Shown here: positions 1-9,285 of the stretch, piece by piece
Numbering within the stretch: the stretch's first letter is position 1
Layout of the letters: every line of letters begins with the position of its first letter
From: Chelatococcus sp.
Lineage (GTDB): Bacteria; Pseudomonadota; Alphaproteobacteria; Rhizobiales; Beijerinckiaceae
Length of the DNA stretch: 64,000 nucleotides
Direction: 5' to 3'
NCBI GenBank assembly: GCA_003248805.1
Contig: QFQY01000014.1
Location: 41,000 to 104,999, forward strand
Translations under genes and position numbers: made by a program
The notes under the pieces: generated by a model
The model's input: only the letters and a program-made list of their open reading frames with translations
What the model was told of the DNA's origin: nothing
The model's database searches: none

Positions 1-2
1 AG

Positions 3-254
3 GCGCAGGCCTGGACGGCGGCCAACCCCGACAAGACGGCCGAGATCTTCGCGCCCTTCGTCCCGGCCAAGGTCACGCCCGAGACGGTCGCCGCGATCCT
101 GCGCAGCCACACCCATGACCATCATTCCACCGGCGCGGCGCTCCGCGACGACGTCGCGCTGTTCACCGAGCAGCTCAAGCTCGTCAACGTGATCCGCAAG
201 AACACCGACGCCAAGGCCTTTGCGCAGAAGATCGTCCCCAATGTCCCCGTTTGA
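3..254 (+). CDS. ABC transporter substrate-binding protein, C-terminal fragment (5' end outside window); probably NitT/TauT (SsuA-like) family
   Basis: Frame 3 is open from the window edge to TGA at 252-254 (AQAWTAANPDKTAEIFAPFVPAKVTPETV...KIVPNVPV). It lies directly upstream of a matching permease and ATPase. The family call is by context only. Confidence 0.5.
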   Translation, partial: AQAWTAANPDKTAEIFAPFVPAKVTPETVAAILRSHTHDHHSTGAALRDDVALFTEQLKLVNVIRKNTDAKAFAQKIVPNVPV

Positions 255-1260
255 ACAGACCAGCTCCGCACCAGCATTCGACCGGCCGCGCCTGCCGGTC
301 GATGGCTCGGTGCTGGCGCGGGGCGCGCTCGCCACGGCGGCCTGGACCGCCGTGGCGGCCTCCGTCACGCTGCTCGCCAACAAGAAGGTCGGCTTTGCCG
401 ACCCGCTCTATGTCGGCGAGACCAATGCCGGCTTCGTCGGTTGGGCCGTTCTGCTGGCGCTGGCGACGGCGGTCGGCGCGCTCTGGCCGCCGCTCGGCCG
501 GCGCCTCGGCCGGGCCGCGCCCTGGCTCGTGGTGCTCGCGCTCTTCGTCGGCATCTGGGATGTGCTGACGGCGAAGCTTGGCCTGCTGCCCGTGCCCTTC
601 TTCGCCCCGCCATCCGCGCTGGTCGAGGTCTATGCCGAGGACTGGCCGCGGCTGGGCGAAAGCGTGCTGCATTCGCTGCGCCTGCTCGCGCTGGGCTTCC
701 TGTTCGGCACGCTCTCCGGCTTCGTCACCGGCGTCGCGATCGGCTGGTCGCGCGGGCTCGGCTACTGGGTCCATCCGGTGCTGCGCTTCCTCGGCCCGAT
801 CCCTTCGACCGCGCTCCTGCCGATGGCCTTCTTCTTCTTCCCGTCGAGCTTCTCGGCGGCGATCTTCCTGATCGCGCTCGCCACCTGGTTCCCGGTCACG
901 GTGCTGACCTGGTCCGGCGTCGCCAGCGTCGACAAGGCCTATTACGACGTCGCCCGGACGCTCGGCGCAGGGCGCGCCTTCCTGATCTTCAAGGTCGCCA
1001 TCCCTGCCGCCCTGCCGCATGTCTTCGTCGGCCTGTTCATGGGGCTCGGCGCCTCCTTCTCGGTGCTCGTCGCGGCCGAGATGATGGGGGTCAAGTCCGG
1101 CCTCGGCTACTACCTGCAATGGGCGCAGGGCTGGGCCGCCTATTCCAACATGTATGGCGCGCTGATCGTGATGGCGCTGATCTTCTCGGGGCTCATCACG
1201 CTGCTCTTCGCCGTGCGCGACCGCCTGCTCGGCTGGCAGAAGGATGTCGTGAAATGGTAG
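241..1260 (+). CDS. ABC transporter permease, nitrate/sulfonate/bicarbonate (SsuC/TauC-like) family
   Basis: ORF 220..1260. The ATG at 241 overlaps the upstream stop. The protein is multi-pass hydrophobic with a BPD-type permease core (…LGAGRAFLIFKVAIPAALPHVFVGLFMGLGASFSVLVAAEMMG…). Confidence 0.8.
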   Translation: MSPFEQTSSAPAFDRPRLPVDGSVLARGALATAAWTAVAASVTLLANKKVGFADPLYVGETNAGFVGWAVLLALATAVGALWPPLGRRLGRAAPWLVVLALFVGIWDVLTAKLGLLPVPFFAPPSALVEVYAEDWPRLGESVLHSLRLLALGFLFGTLSGFVTGVAIGWSRGLGYWVHPVLRFLGPIPSTALLPMAFFFFPSSFSAAIFLIALATWFPVTVLTWSGVASVDKAYYDVARTLGAGRAFLIFKVAIPAALPHVFVGLFMGLGASFSVLVAAEMMGVKSGLGYYLQWAQGWAAYSNMYGALIVMALIFSGLITLLFAVRDRLLGWQKDVVKW

Positions 1261-2060
1261 CCGCCCAGCTCGCTGTCGCGCCCGCGACCGGCACTCCCGG
1301 GTCCAACGGCGCCGAACTCTCGATCGCGGGCGTCTCGCATGCCTTCGATCTCGAAGGCCGCCCTCTGCCGGTCCTTGATGATATCGATCTCGAGATTCGG
1401 GCCGGCGAGTTCGTCGCCCTGCTCGGGCCGAGCGGCTGCGGCAAGTCGACCTTGCTCAGGCTCGTCGCCGGGCTCGAACAGCCCTCCCAGGGTCGGATCG
1501 CGGCGGCAGGGGAGGAGATCACCACGCCCGATCCCTCCCGCGTCGTCGTCTTCCAGGACCCGACGCTCTATCCATGGCGCACGGTCTGGAAGAACGTCGC
1601 GCTCGGGCTGGAAGCTCGCGGCCTGCTCGCCAGCCAGAAAGGCCGCGTCGACGACGCCCTGAAGACCGTCGGCCTCGCCGGATTCGAGCGCGCGTTCCCG
1701 CGCCAGCTCTCGGGAGGTATGGCGCAGCGCGCGGCCCTCGCCCGCGCCCTCGTCAACGACCCCAGCGTGCTCATCTTGGACGAACCGCTCGGCAAGCTCG
1801 ACTCGCTGACGCGGATCGCCATGCAGACCGAGATCGCCGAGCTCTGGCGCCAGCGTGGCTTCACCACCCTGCTCGTCACCCACGACGTCGAGGAAGCCCT
1901 GTTCCTGGCGCAGCGCGTCATCGTGCTGAGCGAGCGCCCGGCCCGGATCAAGGCCGAGATCGTCAACGCCCTGCCCTATCCGCGCCATCGCGGCGATCCG
2001 CGCCTCGCGGAATTGCGCGGGCAGGCGCTCGCCCATCTCGGGCTCGACGCGAGCTGGTAA
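1254..2060 (+). CDS. ABC transporter ATP-binding protein (SsuB/TauB-like)
   Basis: This is the 3' part of track ORF 441..2060, starting at ATG 1254, which overlaps the permease stop. It has Walker A GPSGCGKST, signature LSGGMAQR and Walker B LILDEP. Confidence 0.9.
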   Translation: MVAAQLAVAPATGTPGSNGAELSIAGVSHAFDLEGRPLPVLDDIDLEIRAGEFVALLGPSGCGKSTLLRLVAGLEQPSQGRIAAAGEEITTPDPSRVVVFQDPTLYPWRTVWKNVALGLEARGLLASQKGRVDDALKTVGLAGFERAFPRQLSGGMAQRAALARALVNDPSVLILDEPLGKLDSLTRIAMQTEIAELWRQRGFTTLLVTHDVEEALFLAQRVIVLSERPARIKAEIVNALPYPRHRGDPRLAELRGQALAHLGLDASW

Positions 2061-2096
2061 GTCAGCCCTCCCTTTCCTCTCCGATAGGATACTTCC

Positions 2097-2450
2097 ATGT
2101 CTCGACGTCTCGCGCTGACGCTCGCCCTTGCTCTGGCCGCAACGCAGGCCTCCGCCCACGCCCATCTCAAGACCGCTTCCCCAGCCGAGGGAGCAACTGT
2201 CGCCGCGCCGGCAGAGATCACCCTCGGCTTCACCGAGGAGCTGGAGGTCAAGCTCAGCAGCATCATCGTCAAGGATGCGCGCGGCGTGGTTGTCAGCGCC
2301 GCACCGGCCGAGGCCGTACGGGGAGACCGAAAGGCGCTCAAGGTCCGACTCAAGCCGGTATCGCCCGGCGCCTACAGTGTCGAATGGGCCGCGACCTCGG
2401 TCGATACCCACCGCGTCAACGGGCAATATCGCTTCACTGTCAGGCCCTGA
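2097..2450 (+). CDS. copC: CopC-family periplasmic copper-binding protein
   Basis: 117 aa. Signal peptide followed by mature N-terminal HAHLKTASPAEGATV, the typical CopC H-x-H-L start. Its size and beta-rich sequence fit the family, and a CopD-like gene follows immediately. Confidence 0.85.
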   Translation: MSRRLALTLALALAATQASAHAHLKTASPAEGATVAAPAEITLGFTEELEVKLSSIIVKDARGVVVSAAPAEAVRGDRKALKVRLKPVSPGAYSVEWAATSVDTHRVNGQYRFTVRP

Positions 2451-2451
2451 T

Positions 2452-4236
2452 GTGGAGGCGCTGATCGGGACGGCGCTCCCGGCCCTGCGGGCCGTCCACC
2501 TCGTTGTCCTGTTCGGAGCGCTCGGGTCGGCGACAGTCCGCCTCCTCCTCGGGCGGGGGCTGGCCACCGGGGCGGGTGGGGAGGCGCTGCCGGGGCAGCT
2601 CGCGATCTGCGGCCGTCTTTGCGTTCTCCTCGCCATCGTCAGCGGCGCGGGCTGGTTCTGGCTTCAGGGCTCTGTCATGGCGGGGCGGCCGATCGCCGAC
2701 CTCCCGACACTGCGAACCATCGCGGAAACCGGCTTCGGCAAGGCGCTGCTGCTGCGTGCAGCCCTTCTTGCCGGCGCCGTGGCGCTATTCAGGCGCGGGG
2801 GCTGGGCGAGCCCGGCGGCGCTGTCGCTTTTGGTGCTTGCAGCCCTGCTGCAGGGAGCGCTGGGACACGGGGCGGCGACCGATCCGACGACGATGACTGC
2901 ACTCGGCATCCATGCCGCGGCGGCAGGGCTGTGGCTCGGATGCCTGCCACCTCTGTTGATGGTTTGCATGCATCTGCCGGACCAGGCGCCGATACTCGCA
3001 AAACGCTTCACGCCGTTGGGGCTGGCCTGTGTAGCGATCCTCGCGGCGACCTCCCTCATGCAGGCCCAGGCGTTCGCCGGCACGCTGCCGGCGCTGCTCG
3101 GCACCGATTACGGCAAGCTCGCTCTGGTCAAGCTCGCGCTGTTCGCCGGGCTCCTGCTGCTGGCGGCCGCCAATCGCTTTCGCTTCGTTCCAAAAGCGGA
3201 AGCAGGCGGCTCCGTCTCAGGACTGACGCTGTCGATCGCCGCCGAGATCGGCCTGGGTTTGGCGATCGTGGGGGTCGCCGCGACACTCGCCAACCAGCCA
3301 CCGGGAATCCACGATCAGCCGAACTGGCCATTCGCCCTGCGTCCGGTCCCGGGGCTCTGGGACGACGCCTATCTGCGTTCAGGACTTTTAGGACTGCTGA
3401 AATCCATCTGTATCGTGGTCGCTCTGGCAACCCTCGCGGTGCTGGTCCGGCGGCTGCGATGGGCCGCATTGCTGGCGGGCGTGGTGGCGTTGGCATTTGT
3501 CCGGATTCCGCCGTGGCGCCCCTATGTGGTGGATGCGGTGCCGACGAGTTTCCAGTCGTCGCCGACCGGCTATGGCGCGCGCTCGATCGCGGCGGGCCAA
3601 GCCCTGTTCCAGAGCACCTGCGCCGATTGCCACGGCAAGGATGCGCGAGGCCGCGGGCCGATGGCGGTCGCGCGTTCCGTCTGGCCGCCCGACCTCTCCG
3701 CACCGCTGATCGCAGGGCGCCCCGATGGCGAACTGTTCTGGTCGATCCGCCACGGTGTCGGAGCGATGCCGCCGGCGCCCGGCCTGGATGACGCTTCTGT
3801 CTGGGCCCTCGTCGATTTCATTCGGCTACGGGCCGGTGCGCGAGCCTTCGAGTCGGCCGAAATGCAATGGGGCAACCCGACTCGTGTGCCGGGTTTCGTC
3901 GCTCGCTGCCGGAAGGGGACGATCCTCGGCCCGGGAAGCGGCGAGCCGCTTCAGCTCTGGATCGAGCGCGACGCAGCAGGCGTGAGGGCTTGGGTTCAAG
4001 CGATGTGCAGCGCGGAACGATGCCCGGTCGAGGATCCGGAACCGCTGGCGACGGCGCTGGCCGAACTGACCAGGAGCCCTTTTCCGCCTGCACAGGTCCT
4101 GGTCGATGCCAATGGCTGGCTGCGGCGCACCTTCAGGACCGACGACGAGGCCGCGCCCACTCTCGTGGCGGGGGAAATGTTCCGCATCCGCGAGCGACCC
4201 CTCGACGGCACCGCAGCGCACCATCGCAGGCCGTGA
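2452..4236 (+). CDS. copD: CopD-family membrane protein fused to a C-terminal cytochrome c (CxxCH) domain and a further soluble domain
   Basis: In frame with track ORF 2128..4236. A GTG at 2452 sits right after the copC stop. The N-terminal ~400 aa form many hydrophobic helices. A haem-binding motif CADCHGKDARG is followed by WSIRHGVGAMP. The start codon is uncertain. Confidence 0.7.
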   Translation: MEALIGTALPALRAVHLVVLFGALGSATVRLLLGRGLATGAGGEALPGQLAICGRLCVLLAIVSGAGWFWLQGSVMAGRPIADLPTLRTIAETGFGKALLLRAALLAGAVALFRRGGWASPAALSLLVLAALLQGALGHGAATDPTTMTALGIHAAAAGLWLGCLPPLLMVCMHLPDQAPILAKRFTPLGLACVAILAATSLMQAQAFAGTLPALLGTDYGKLALVKLALFAGLLLLAAANRFRFVPKAEAGGSVSGLTLSIAAEIGLGLAIVGVAATLANQPPGIHDQPNWPFALRPVPGLWDDAYLRSGLLGLLKSICIVVALATLAVLVRRLRWAALLAGVVALAFVRIPPWRPYVVDAVPTSFQSSPTGYGARSIAAGQALFQSTCADCHGKDARGRGPMAVARSVWPPDLSAPLIAGRPDGELFWSIRHGVGAMPPAPGLDDASVWALVDFIRLRAGARAFESAEMQWGNPTRVPGFVARCRKGTILGPGSGEPLQLWIERDAAGVRAWVQAMCSAERCPVEDPEPLATALAELTRSPFPPAQVLVDANGWLRRTFRTDDEAAPTLVAGEMFRIRERPLDGTAAHHRRP

Positions 4237-4300
4237 CCCGAAGACAAAGGCGGCTGAGACTGCGCGCAGGCGAGGCTGTCGGGCTACCGCGGGCCGACTG

Positions 4301-4843
4301 TCAGATGCCGGCTCCGGCCTGGAGCTCGTCCTCGATCTGCCCGTAGACACCGCGCCAGTAGAGCAGGGCCCGCTCGGTCGTGGCGTGGCGGATCGCCTTG
4401 ATGCGCCCGATCAGGATTGCGTGGGAGTGTCGCTCCAGCGCTTCCTCCGTCTCGCAGTCGATGACCGCCAGGGCGCCGTCGAGCGTCGGGGCGCCGGTGA
4501 CGAGGGGAGCCCAGCTCGCTTCCGCGAACCGGGCCTCGCCCTTGAATCCGCCGCGGCCGGCGAAACGGTCGGCGATCGGCCGGTGCCGGGCGGCGAGCAC
4601 GTTGATCGCGAAATGGCCGGCTCTCTCAATCGTCGGCCAGGCGGAGGCCGCGCGGTTGACGCAGACGATCACCGTCGGAGGCTCGGCGGAGAGGGCGGTG
4701 ACGGAGGTCGCCGTGAGGCCGCCCCTGACCCCGCCATGACTCGCCGTGATGATGCTCACGGCGCCGGCCACGTTGCGCATCACCGCCTTGAAGGCGTCCG
4801 TCGGGATGTCGTCCGCCGCGAGGCGGTTCGGCAGGTCATTCAT
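4301..4843 (-). CDS. Flavin reductase (NAD(P)H:FMN oxidoreductase, HpaC/SsuE-functional class)
   Basis: The start MNDLPNRL (ATG complement of 4841-4843) overlaps the upstream gene by 8 nt. It carries flavin_reduct-type sequence FKAVMRNVAGAVSIITASHGGVRGGLTATSVTALSAEPPTVIVCVN. Confidence 0.85.
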   Translation of the reverse strand: MNDLPNRLAADDIPTDAFKAVMRNVAGAVSIITASHGGVRGGLTATSVTALSAEPPTVIVCVNRAASAWPTIERAGHFAINVLAARHRPIADRFAGRGGFKGEARFAEASWAPLVTGAPTLDGALAVIDCETEEALERHSHAILIGRIKAIRHATTERALLYWRGVYGQIEDELQAGAGI

Positions 4844-5948
4844 GGGAGGTCTCGATCGCAGGAGAGGCGCTGTCGGTAGCGGTGCGCAGCAGGGGCAGCA
4901 GCGTGCGCCCTTGCCGCTCGATCTCGCGGAGATAGGGCGTGTCGGACAGGATGAATCTGGTGATGCCGAGATCGCGATATCTGCGCAGCGAGCGCGCGAC
5001 CTCCTCGGCCGAGCCGACGAGCCAGGTCGTTCCGGCACCGCCGCCGCCGAACTTGCCGGGCGTGGTGTAGAGGTTGTCGTCGAGAACCTCGCCGCCGGCC
5101 TGCAGATCGAACAGGCGCTGCTGGCCGACCGCGACGCCATGCCTGTGGTCGTTCCAGCGCGTGCCGCTGCCCTTCGCCATCTCCGCCACCCTGGCCTCGG
5201 CCGCGGCCCAGGCTTCGGCGGAGCTGCCGCGCACCAGGGTGGTGATCCGCAGGCCGAACTCCAGAGGCGGCAGATCGCGGTCGAGCGTCACGGCGAGCGC
5301 CTTCAGCCGCTCGATCCGCCGGCGGATGTCGTCGAGCGGCTCGCCCCAGAAGAGCTGCACGTCGGCGTCCGTCGCCGCCACGCGCTCGGCCGCTTCGGAG
5401 GCGCCGCCGAAATAGAGCGGCGGATGCCGCCGCGCGCCGCGGGCCCGGATGCGCGGCTGCACGGTCGAAGCGGCGACGCGGAAATGGGTGCCCTCGAACG
5501 TGACGTTCTCCTCCGTCCAGAGCCGGCGGACGAGACGCATGAACTCGCGCGTCCGCTCGTAGCGCTGCACCTGGTCGCCCTCGCTGTCGCCATAGGCGGC
5601 GAGCTCGTCCTTGCCGGAGACGATGTTGAAGCGGGTGCGACCGCCGCTGAGATGGTCGAGCGTCGCGGCGGCGGCGGCGAAGTGGGCCGGCCGCCAGTAG
5701 CCCGGGCGGATCGCGATCAGTGGCTCGAAACGGCTCGTGCGGGCGGTGAGCGCGGTGGCGAGGGTGAAGGTGTCCGGCCGTCCCCACCCCGTGCCGATCA
5801 GCGCGCCCGTCCAGCCATGCTGCTCGAGCGCCTCGGCATGGCTCGTCAGCGTCTCGAGGCTGTTGTGCCCGTCGCTGACCACGTCGCCGCGATGTCCGGC
5901 CTCGGCGGTATTGGGAATATACCAGAGATACTCGGAAGCGGCCGTCAT
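4836..5948 (-). CDS. LLM-class (luciferase-like) flavin-dependent monooxygenase, SsuD/alkanesulfonate-monooxygenase-like
   Basis: 370 aa. YLWYIPNTAEAGHRGD…ATLDHLSGGRTRFNIVSG…LYFGGASEAA is typical of SsuD-like LLM enzymes. It is translationally coupled to the flavin reductase. Confidence 0.8.
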   Translation of the reverse strand: MTAASEYLWYIPNTAEAGHRGDVVSDGHNSLETLTSHAEALEQHGWTGALIGTGWGRPDTFTLATALTARTSRFEPLIAIRPGYWRPAHFAAAAATLDHLSGGRTRFNIVSGKDELAAYGDSEGDQVQRYERTREFMRLVRRLWTEENVTFEGTHFRVAASTVQPRIRARGARRHPPLYFGGASEAAERVAATDADVQLFWGEPLDDIRRRIERLKALAVTLDRDLPPLEFGLRITTLVRGSSAEAWAAAEARVAEMAKGSGTRWNDHRHGVAVGQQRLFDLQAGGEVLDDNLYTTPGKFGGGGAGTTWLVGSAEEVARSLRRYRDLGITRFILSDTPYLREIERQGRTLLPLLRTATDSASPAIETSHE

Positions 5949-6006
5949 AGGGCGAACGCGCCCGTCGCCGGCCTGCGATCTCTCCGCATCGGCCTCATGA
6001 TCGGCC

Positions 6007-7269
6007 TCATGCGGCGAGCCCGAGATGGCCGCGCAGCGACGCCTGCTCGTAATCGCGGCGGAAGACGCCGCGTTCCTGCAGGATGGGGACGACCGTCGCG
6101 ACGAATTCGTCGAAGCCGCCCGGCGTCAGGTGCGGGGCGAAGACGAAGCCGTCGGCGGCATCCTCCTGCACATGCCGTTCGATCTCCTCCGCGACCTGCC
6201 GCGGAGTGCCGATAAACTGCTTGCGTTCGGTGACGCGGATGATGAGATCGCGGATGCTCAGCCCCTCGCGTCCGGCCAGTTCGCGCCAGGCCCTGGCGGT
6301 CTCGAGGCGGTCGTCGTAGCGGGTCGCACGGCCCTGGGCTAGCTGGGCGGAGACGTCGGGCTCGATCTCCGGCAGGGGGCCGTCCGGGTCGTAGGCGGAG
6401 AGATCCCGGTTCCAGACCTGCTCCAGAAAGACGATCGCGCCTTTCGGGCTGACCTGCTGGAGGCGGATGGCGCGGTGGCGCGCGCGGGCCTCCTCGGGCG
6501 TGTCGCCGAGGACGAAATTGGCGCCGGGCAGGATCTTCAGGGAGTCGCGGTCGCGGCCGTGGCGCGCGAGGCGGCCCTTGACGTCGGCGTAGAAGGCCTG
6601 CCCTTCCGCGAGCGTGCCGTGGCGCGAATAGATCAGGTCGGCGTGGCTCGCCGCGAGCTCGCGTCCCTCGTCGGAATCGCCGGCTTGCGCGATCACCGGC
6701 GTGCCTTGCGGCAAGGGGGCGGCGTCGGTCGTGCCGGCGATGCCGACATGCGGCCCATGGGCCTCGAAGGTGCCGCCGGCCCAGACCCGGCGTGCGGCCT
6801 CGATGAATTCCCGGGCGCGCTCGTAGCGCTGGGCGAAGGGCAGATGGTCGCCGCGCCGGAAATTGGCGCCGGTGAAGGCGCCGGGCGAGGTCACGACGTT
6901 CCAGCCCGAGCGCCCCTCGGAGAGGATGTCCAGCGTGGCGAGCTGGCGCGCGAGGGGATAGGGCTCGTTGAAGGTCGTCGTCAGCGTGCCGATGAGGCCG
7001 ACATGGCGCGTGACCGAGGACAGCGCGGTCAGGATCGCCAGCGTGTTGGGGCGGCCCGCCACGTCGAGTTCGTGGAAGCGGCCCTTCTGCTCGCGGACGC
7101 GCAGGCCTTCGGCGAGAAAGATGAAGTCGAACCGGCCGCGCTCGACCGTTTCGGCGAAACGGCGGAAGGACGAGAAGGCGATCTGGCTGCCCGCCTCGGG
7201 GTCGCTCCAGACGGTGAAGTTGTTGACGCCGGGAAACTGCGCGCCGAGGATGACCTGCTTCTTGCTCAC
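6007..7269 (-). CDS. NtaA/SnaA/DszA-family FMN-dependent monooxygenase
   Basis: Only the 3' 420 codons of track ORF 6007..8184 are credible. The GTG start (complement of 7267-7269) gives VSKKQVILGAQFPGVNNFTVW…LATLDILSEGRSGWNVVTS…FIGTPRQVAEEI. Confidence 0.85.
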   Translation of the reverse strand: MSKKQVILGAQFPGVNNFTVWSDPEAGSQIAFSSFRRFAETVERGRFDFIFLAEGLRVREQKGRFHELDVAGRPNTLAILTALSSVTRHVGLIGTLTTTFNEPYPLARQLATLDILSEGRSGWNVVTSPGAFTGANFRRGDHLPFAQRYERAREFIEAARRVWAGGTFEAHGPHVGIAGTTDAAPLPQGTPVIAQAGDSDEGRELAASHADLIYSRHGTLAEGQAFYADVKGRLARHGRDRDSLKILPGANFVLGDTPEEARARHRAIRLQQVSPKGAIVFLEQVWNRDLSAYDPDGPLPEIEPDVSAQLAQGRATRYDDRLETARAWRELAGREGLSIRDLIIRVTERKQFIGTPRQVAEEIERHVQEDAADGFVFAPHLTPGGFDEFVATVVPILQERGVFRRDYEQASLRGHLGLAA

Positions 7270-7286
7270 GACGTCGATCCTCGTCT

Positions 7287-8258
7287 TCAGGCTGCGGATG
7301 AGTAGCGGTTGGGCGTCGCGGGCAGGCCGAAGCGCCGACGCAAAGCCCCTTCGGCCGCAGGCCGCACCAGCCCGGCCGCCCGCAGCGCGGGCGCGGTGCG
7401 GGCGGCGAAGGCCTCGGCCTCCTCGGGCGCGCCCGACAGAACGATGCTGACGGCCCGCGCCCCGGCCTCGGCGGCGCCGCGCAGGGCTGCGAACAGGGGA
7501 TCGCTCTCGCCGAGTTCGGCCACGATCAGCGCCTGCCCGCCGCCGGGGCGCGCCTTGAAGGCTGCGATATGCGCCGCGTCCAGAATGGCGAGATCGGCTT
7601 CGGCGGCGAGCGCGTCGCCCTCGCCGGGGGCCCAGCGCGCGGCCACGACCGGCTGCCCCTGCGGCGGGCGCGGGGTGATCGACGGGCCGAGAACCTTGAA
7701 CGCCGCGCCGGCGAAGTCGACATAGTGGAGCTTGCCGCCGTCGAGATAGCGCTGGGTACGGGTGTCCCGGATCACCGCATCGTCCTCCCAACTGTCCCAG
7801 AGGCGGCGGATGGCGTCGACCGCGTCGGCGAGATCGCGGTCGAGCGCGGCCCCGTCCCCCGCGTCGGGAAAGCCGTTGAGCTTGCCGATCGCCCGGAACG
7901 CCGCGGCGTTGTGCGCGGCCGGCAGGCGCTGCGCCAGCAGCCCCGCTCTTCCCTCGCTGACATGGTCGAGGGTCGCGATCGCGGTCGAGACATGGAAAGG
8001 CTCGACGAGGTTGAGCGCCGCTCCGGCGATCAGGCCGATCCGCGGTGCCCGAGGCGCCAGCCAGTTGGCGAGCAAGGCGGCGTCCGGGCCGTCGCCGTCG
8101 GGATGCGCGAAGCCGTCCGCCAGCACGGCGAATTCGGCGACGCCGTCGAGCGCCGTGATCAGGCGCGTCCAGCGCTCGCGCCACTCTGCGGCGGCGCCGA
8201 GGGCACGGCTGCCGACATCCAGTGTCACGCCGAGGATCAGGGGTTCGATCGAGGTCAT
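7287..8258 (-). CDS. LLM-class flavin-dependent oxidoreductase
   Basis: 323 aa with IATLDHVSEGRAGLL and a luciferase-like TIM-barrel pattern. It lies in an operon with the NtaA-type gene. Confidence 0.7.
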   Translation of the reverse strand: MTSIEPLILGVTLDVGSRALGAAAEWRERWTRLITALDGVAEFAVLADGFAHPDGDGPDAALLANWLAPRAPRIGLIAGAALNLVEPFHVSTAIATLDHVSEGRAGLLAQRLPAAHNAAAFRAIGKLNGFPDAGDGAALDRDLADAVDAIRRLWDSWEDDAVIRDTRTQRYLDGGKLHYVDFAGAAFKVLGPSITPRPPQGQPVVAARWAPGEGDALAAEADLAILDAAHIAAFKARPGGGQALIVAELGESDPLFAALRGAAEAGARAVSIVLSGAPEEAEAFAARTAPALRAAGLVRPAAEGALRRRFGLPATPNRYSSAA

Positions 8259-8278
8259 GTCGTCGGTCCGGGGTTCGA

Positions 8279-8905
8279 TCAGGCGGCCAGCACGCCGTGA
8301 TGGGCGAGGCGCGCCACGATGCGCGCCTCCTGCTCCTGCTTCACCACGGCCACGCGCGCCGTCGCCGCCTCCAGCGACTCGGCCGGCGGCTTGACCGGAG
8401 AGGTCCCGGGCCTGCCGGCCGCGCGGCCGATCGCCTTCTCGAAGGGCAGCGAGCGATAGAGCGCCGGGTCGGCCGAGACGTCGAAGAGCGGCCGATACCC
8501 CAGCTTGAGATAGAGCGCCGTCGCTTCGGGCTGGCGGAAGCCCGTCGTCAGATAGGCGCGGCTGTAGCCGAGCGCCGCGGCGCGCGCCTCGAGCTCCGCA
8601 ACCACGCGCTCGGCCAGCCCCTGGCGGCGAAAGTCGTCATGGGTCCAGATGCGCTTGAGCTCGGCCGTCTCGTCGTCATGGCTCATGAAGGCGCCGCCGG
8701 CGATGGTGCGGCCGTCGCGCTGCAGCAGGACGAAGTCGCCCAGCGGTGGCCTGAAGGCTTCGGCCGGATAGCGGAAGAGCTCCGCGCGGGCGCCGCCAGG
8801 GCGGCTGTTGGCGCCGTAGCGCCCGTCATATTCGCGGATGAGTGCTTCGACGAGGGGCTGCGCCGCGGCGTCGTGATGCGACGACCGGATGAACACGTCA
8901 GTCAT
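8279..8905 (-). CDS. GNAT-family N-acetyltransferase (paralog of 14639..15166)
   Basis: Starts MTDVFIRSS (ATG complement of 8903-8905). It has the acetyl-CoA site RRQGLAERVVAELEARAAALGY. By eye it is roughly half identical to the second GNAT in the window. Confidence 0.8.
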   Translation of the reverse strand: MTDVFIRSSHHDAAAQPLVEALIREYDGRYGANSRPGGARAELFRYPAEAFRPPLGDFVLLQRDGRTIAGGAFMSHDDETAELKRIWTHDDFRRQGLAERVVAELEARAAALGYSRAYLTTGFRQPEATALYLKLGYRPLFDVSADPALYRSLPFEKAIGRAAGRPGTSPVKPPAESLEAATARVAVVKQEQEARIVARLAHHGVLAA

Positions 8906-9285
8906 GGTGAGATCTCCGTGAACGGGCCTCCTCACGACGCCCGCCATCGGGGCGCTGCGGAGCAGCCGTCCGGTTTCGGCGACCGGTGGTCGGGGCAAGA
9001 CGGCACCCGTCTCCGCTGCCGACAGCCGGCGGTGTCTGCTCGGTGAGAAAGCAAGCCGTGTCACTGAATGGTTTCGGTGATGGTGTTGTCAAATTCAATG
9101 ATCGAATATTGTTTTCGACCTCAAATATAAAGCGATTAGAGGGAGTATTTTTTCGTAGATATGACCAATGCCGTAATGGTTATTCTGTTTACAGTACAAA
9201 TAGAGGATTTTTCATCTTGGAATCGCTCTCGTGTCGCAGGCCGGATCGGCCCGTCGGCATTGCTCCGGCGTGGGCATCGCAGGCG

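Noticed and set aside
441-1253. 5' part of track ORF 441..2060 and the overlapping ORFs 184..1119(-), 251..568 and 578..871.
   Set aside because: They overlap the hydrophobic permease frame 241..1260. ATPase motifs begin only after ATG 1254.
7270-8184. N-terminal 305-aa extension of track ORF 6007..8184 (MARALDAPDHGARRRRRIRRAGG…).
   Set aside because: It overlaps the well-formed LLM gene 7287..8258 in another frame and is poly-Arg/Gly nonsense. The monooxygenase homology starts at the GTG at 7269.
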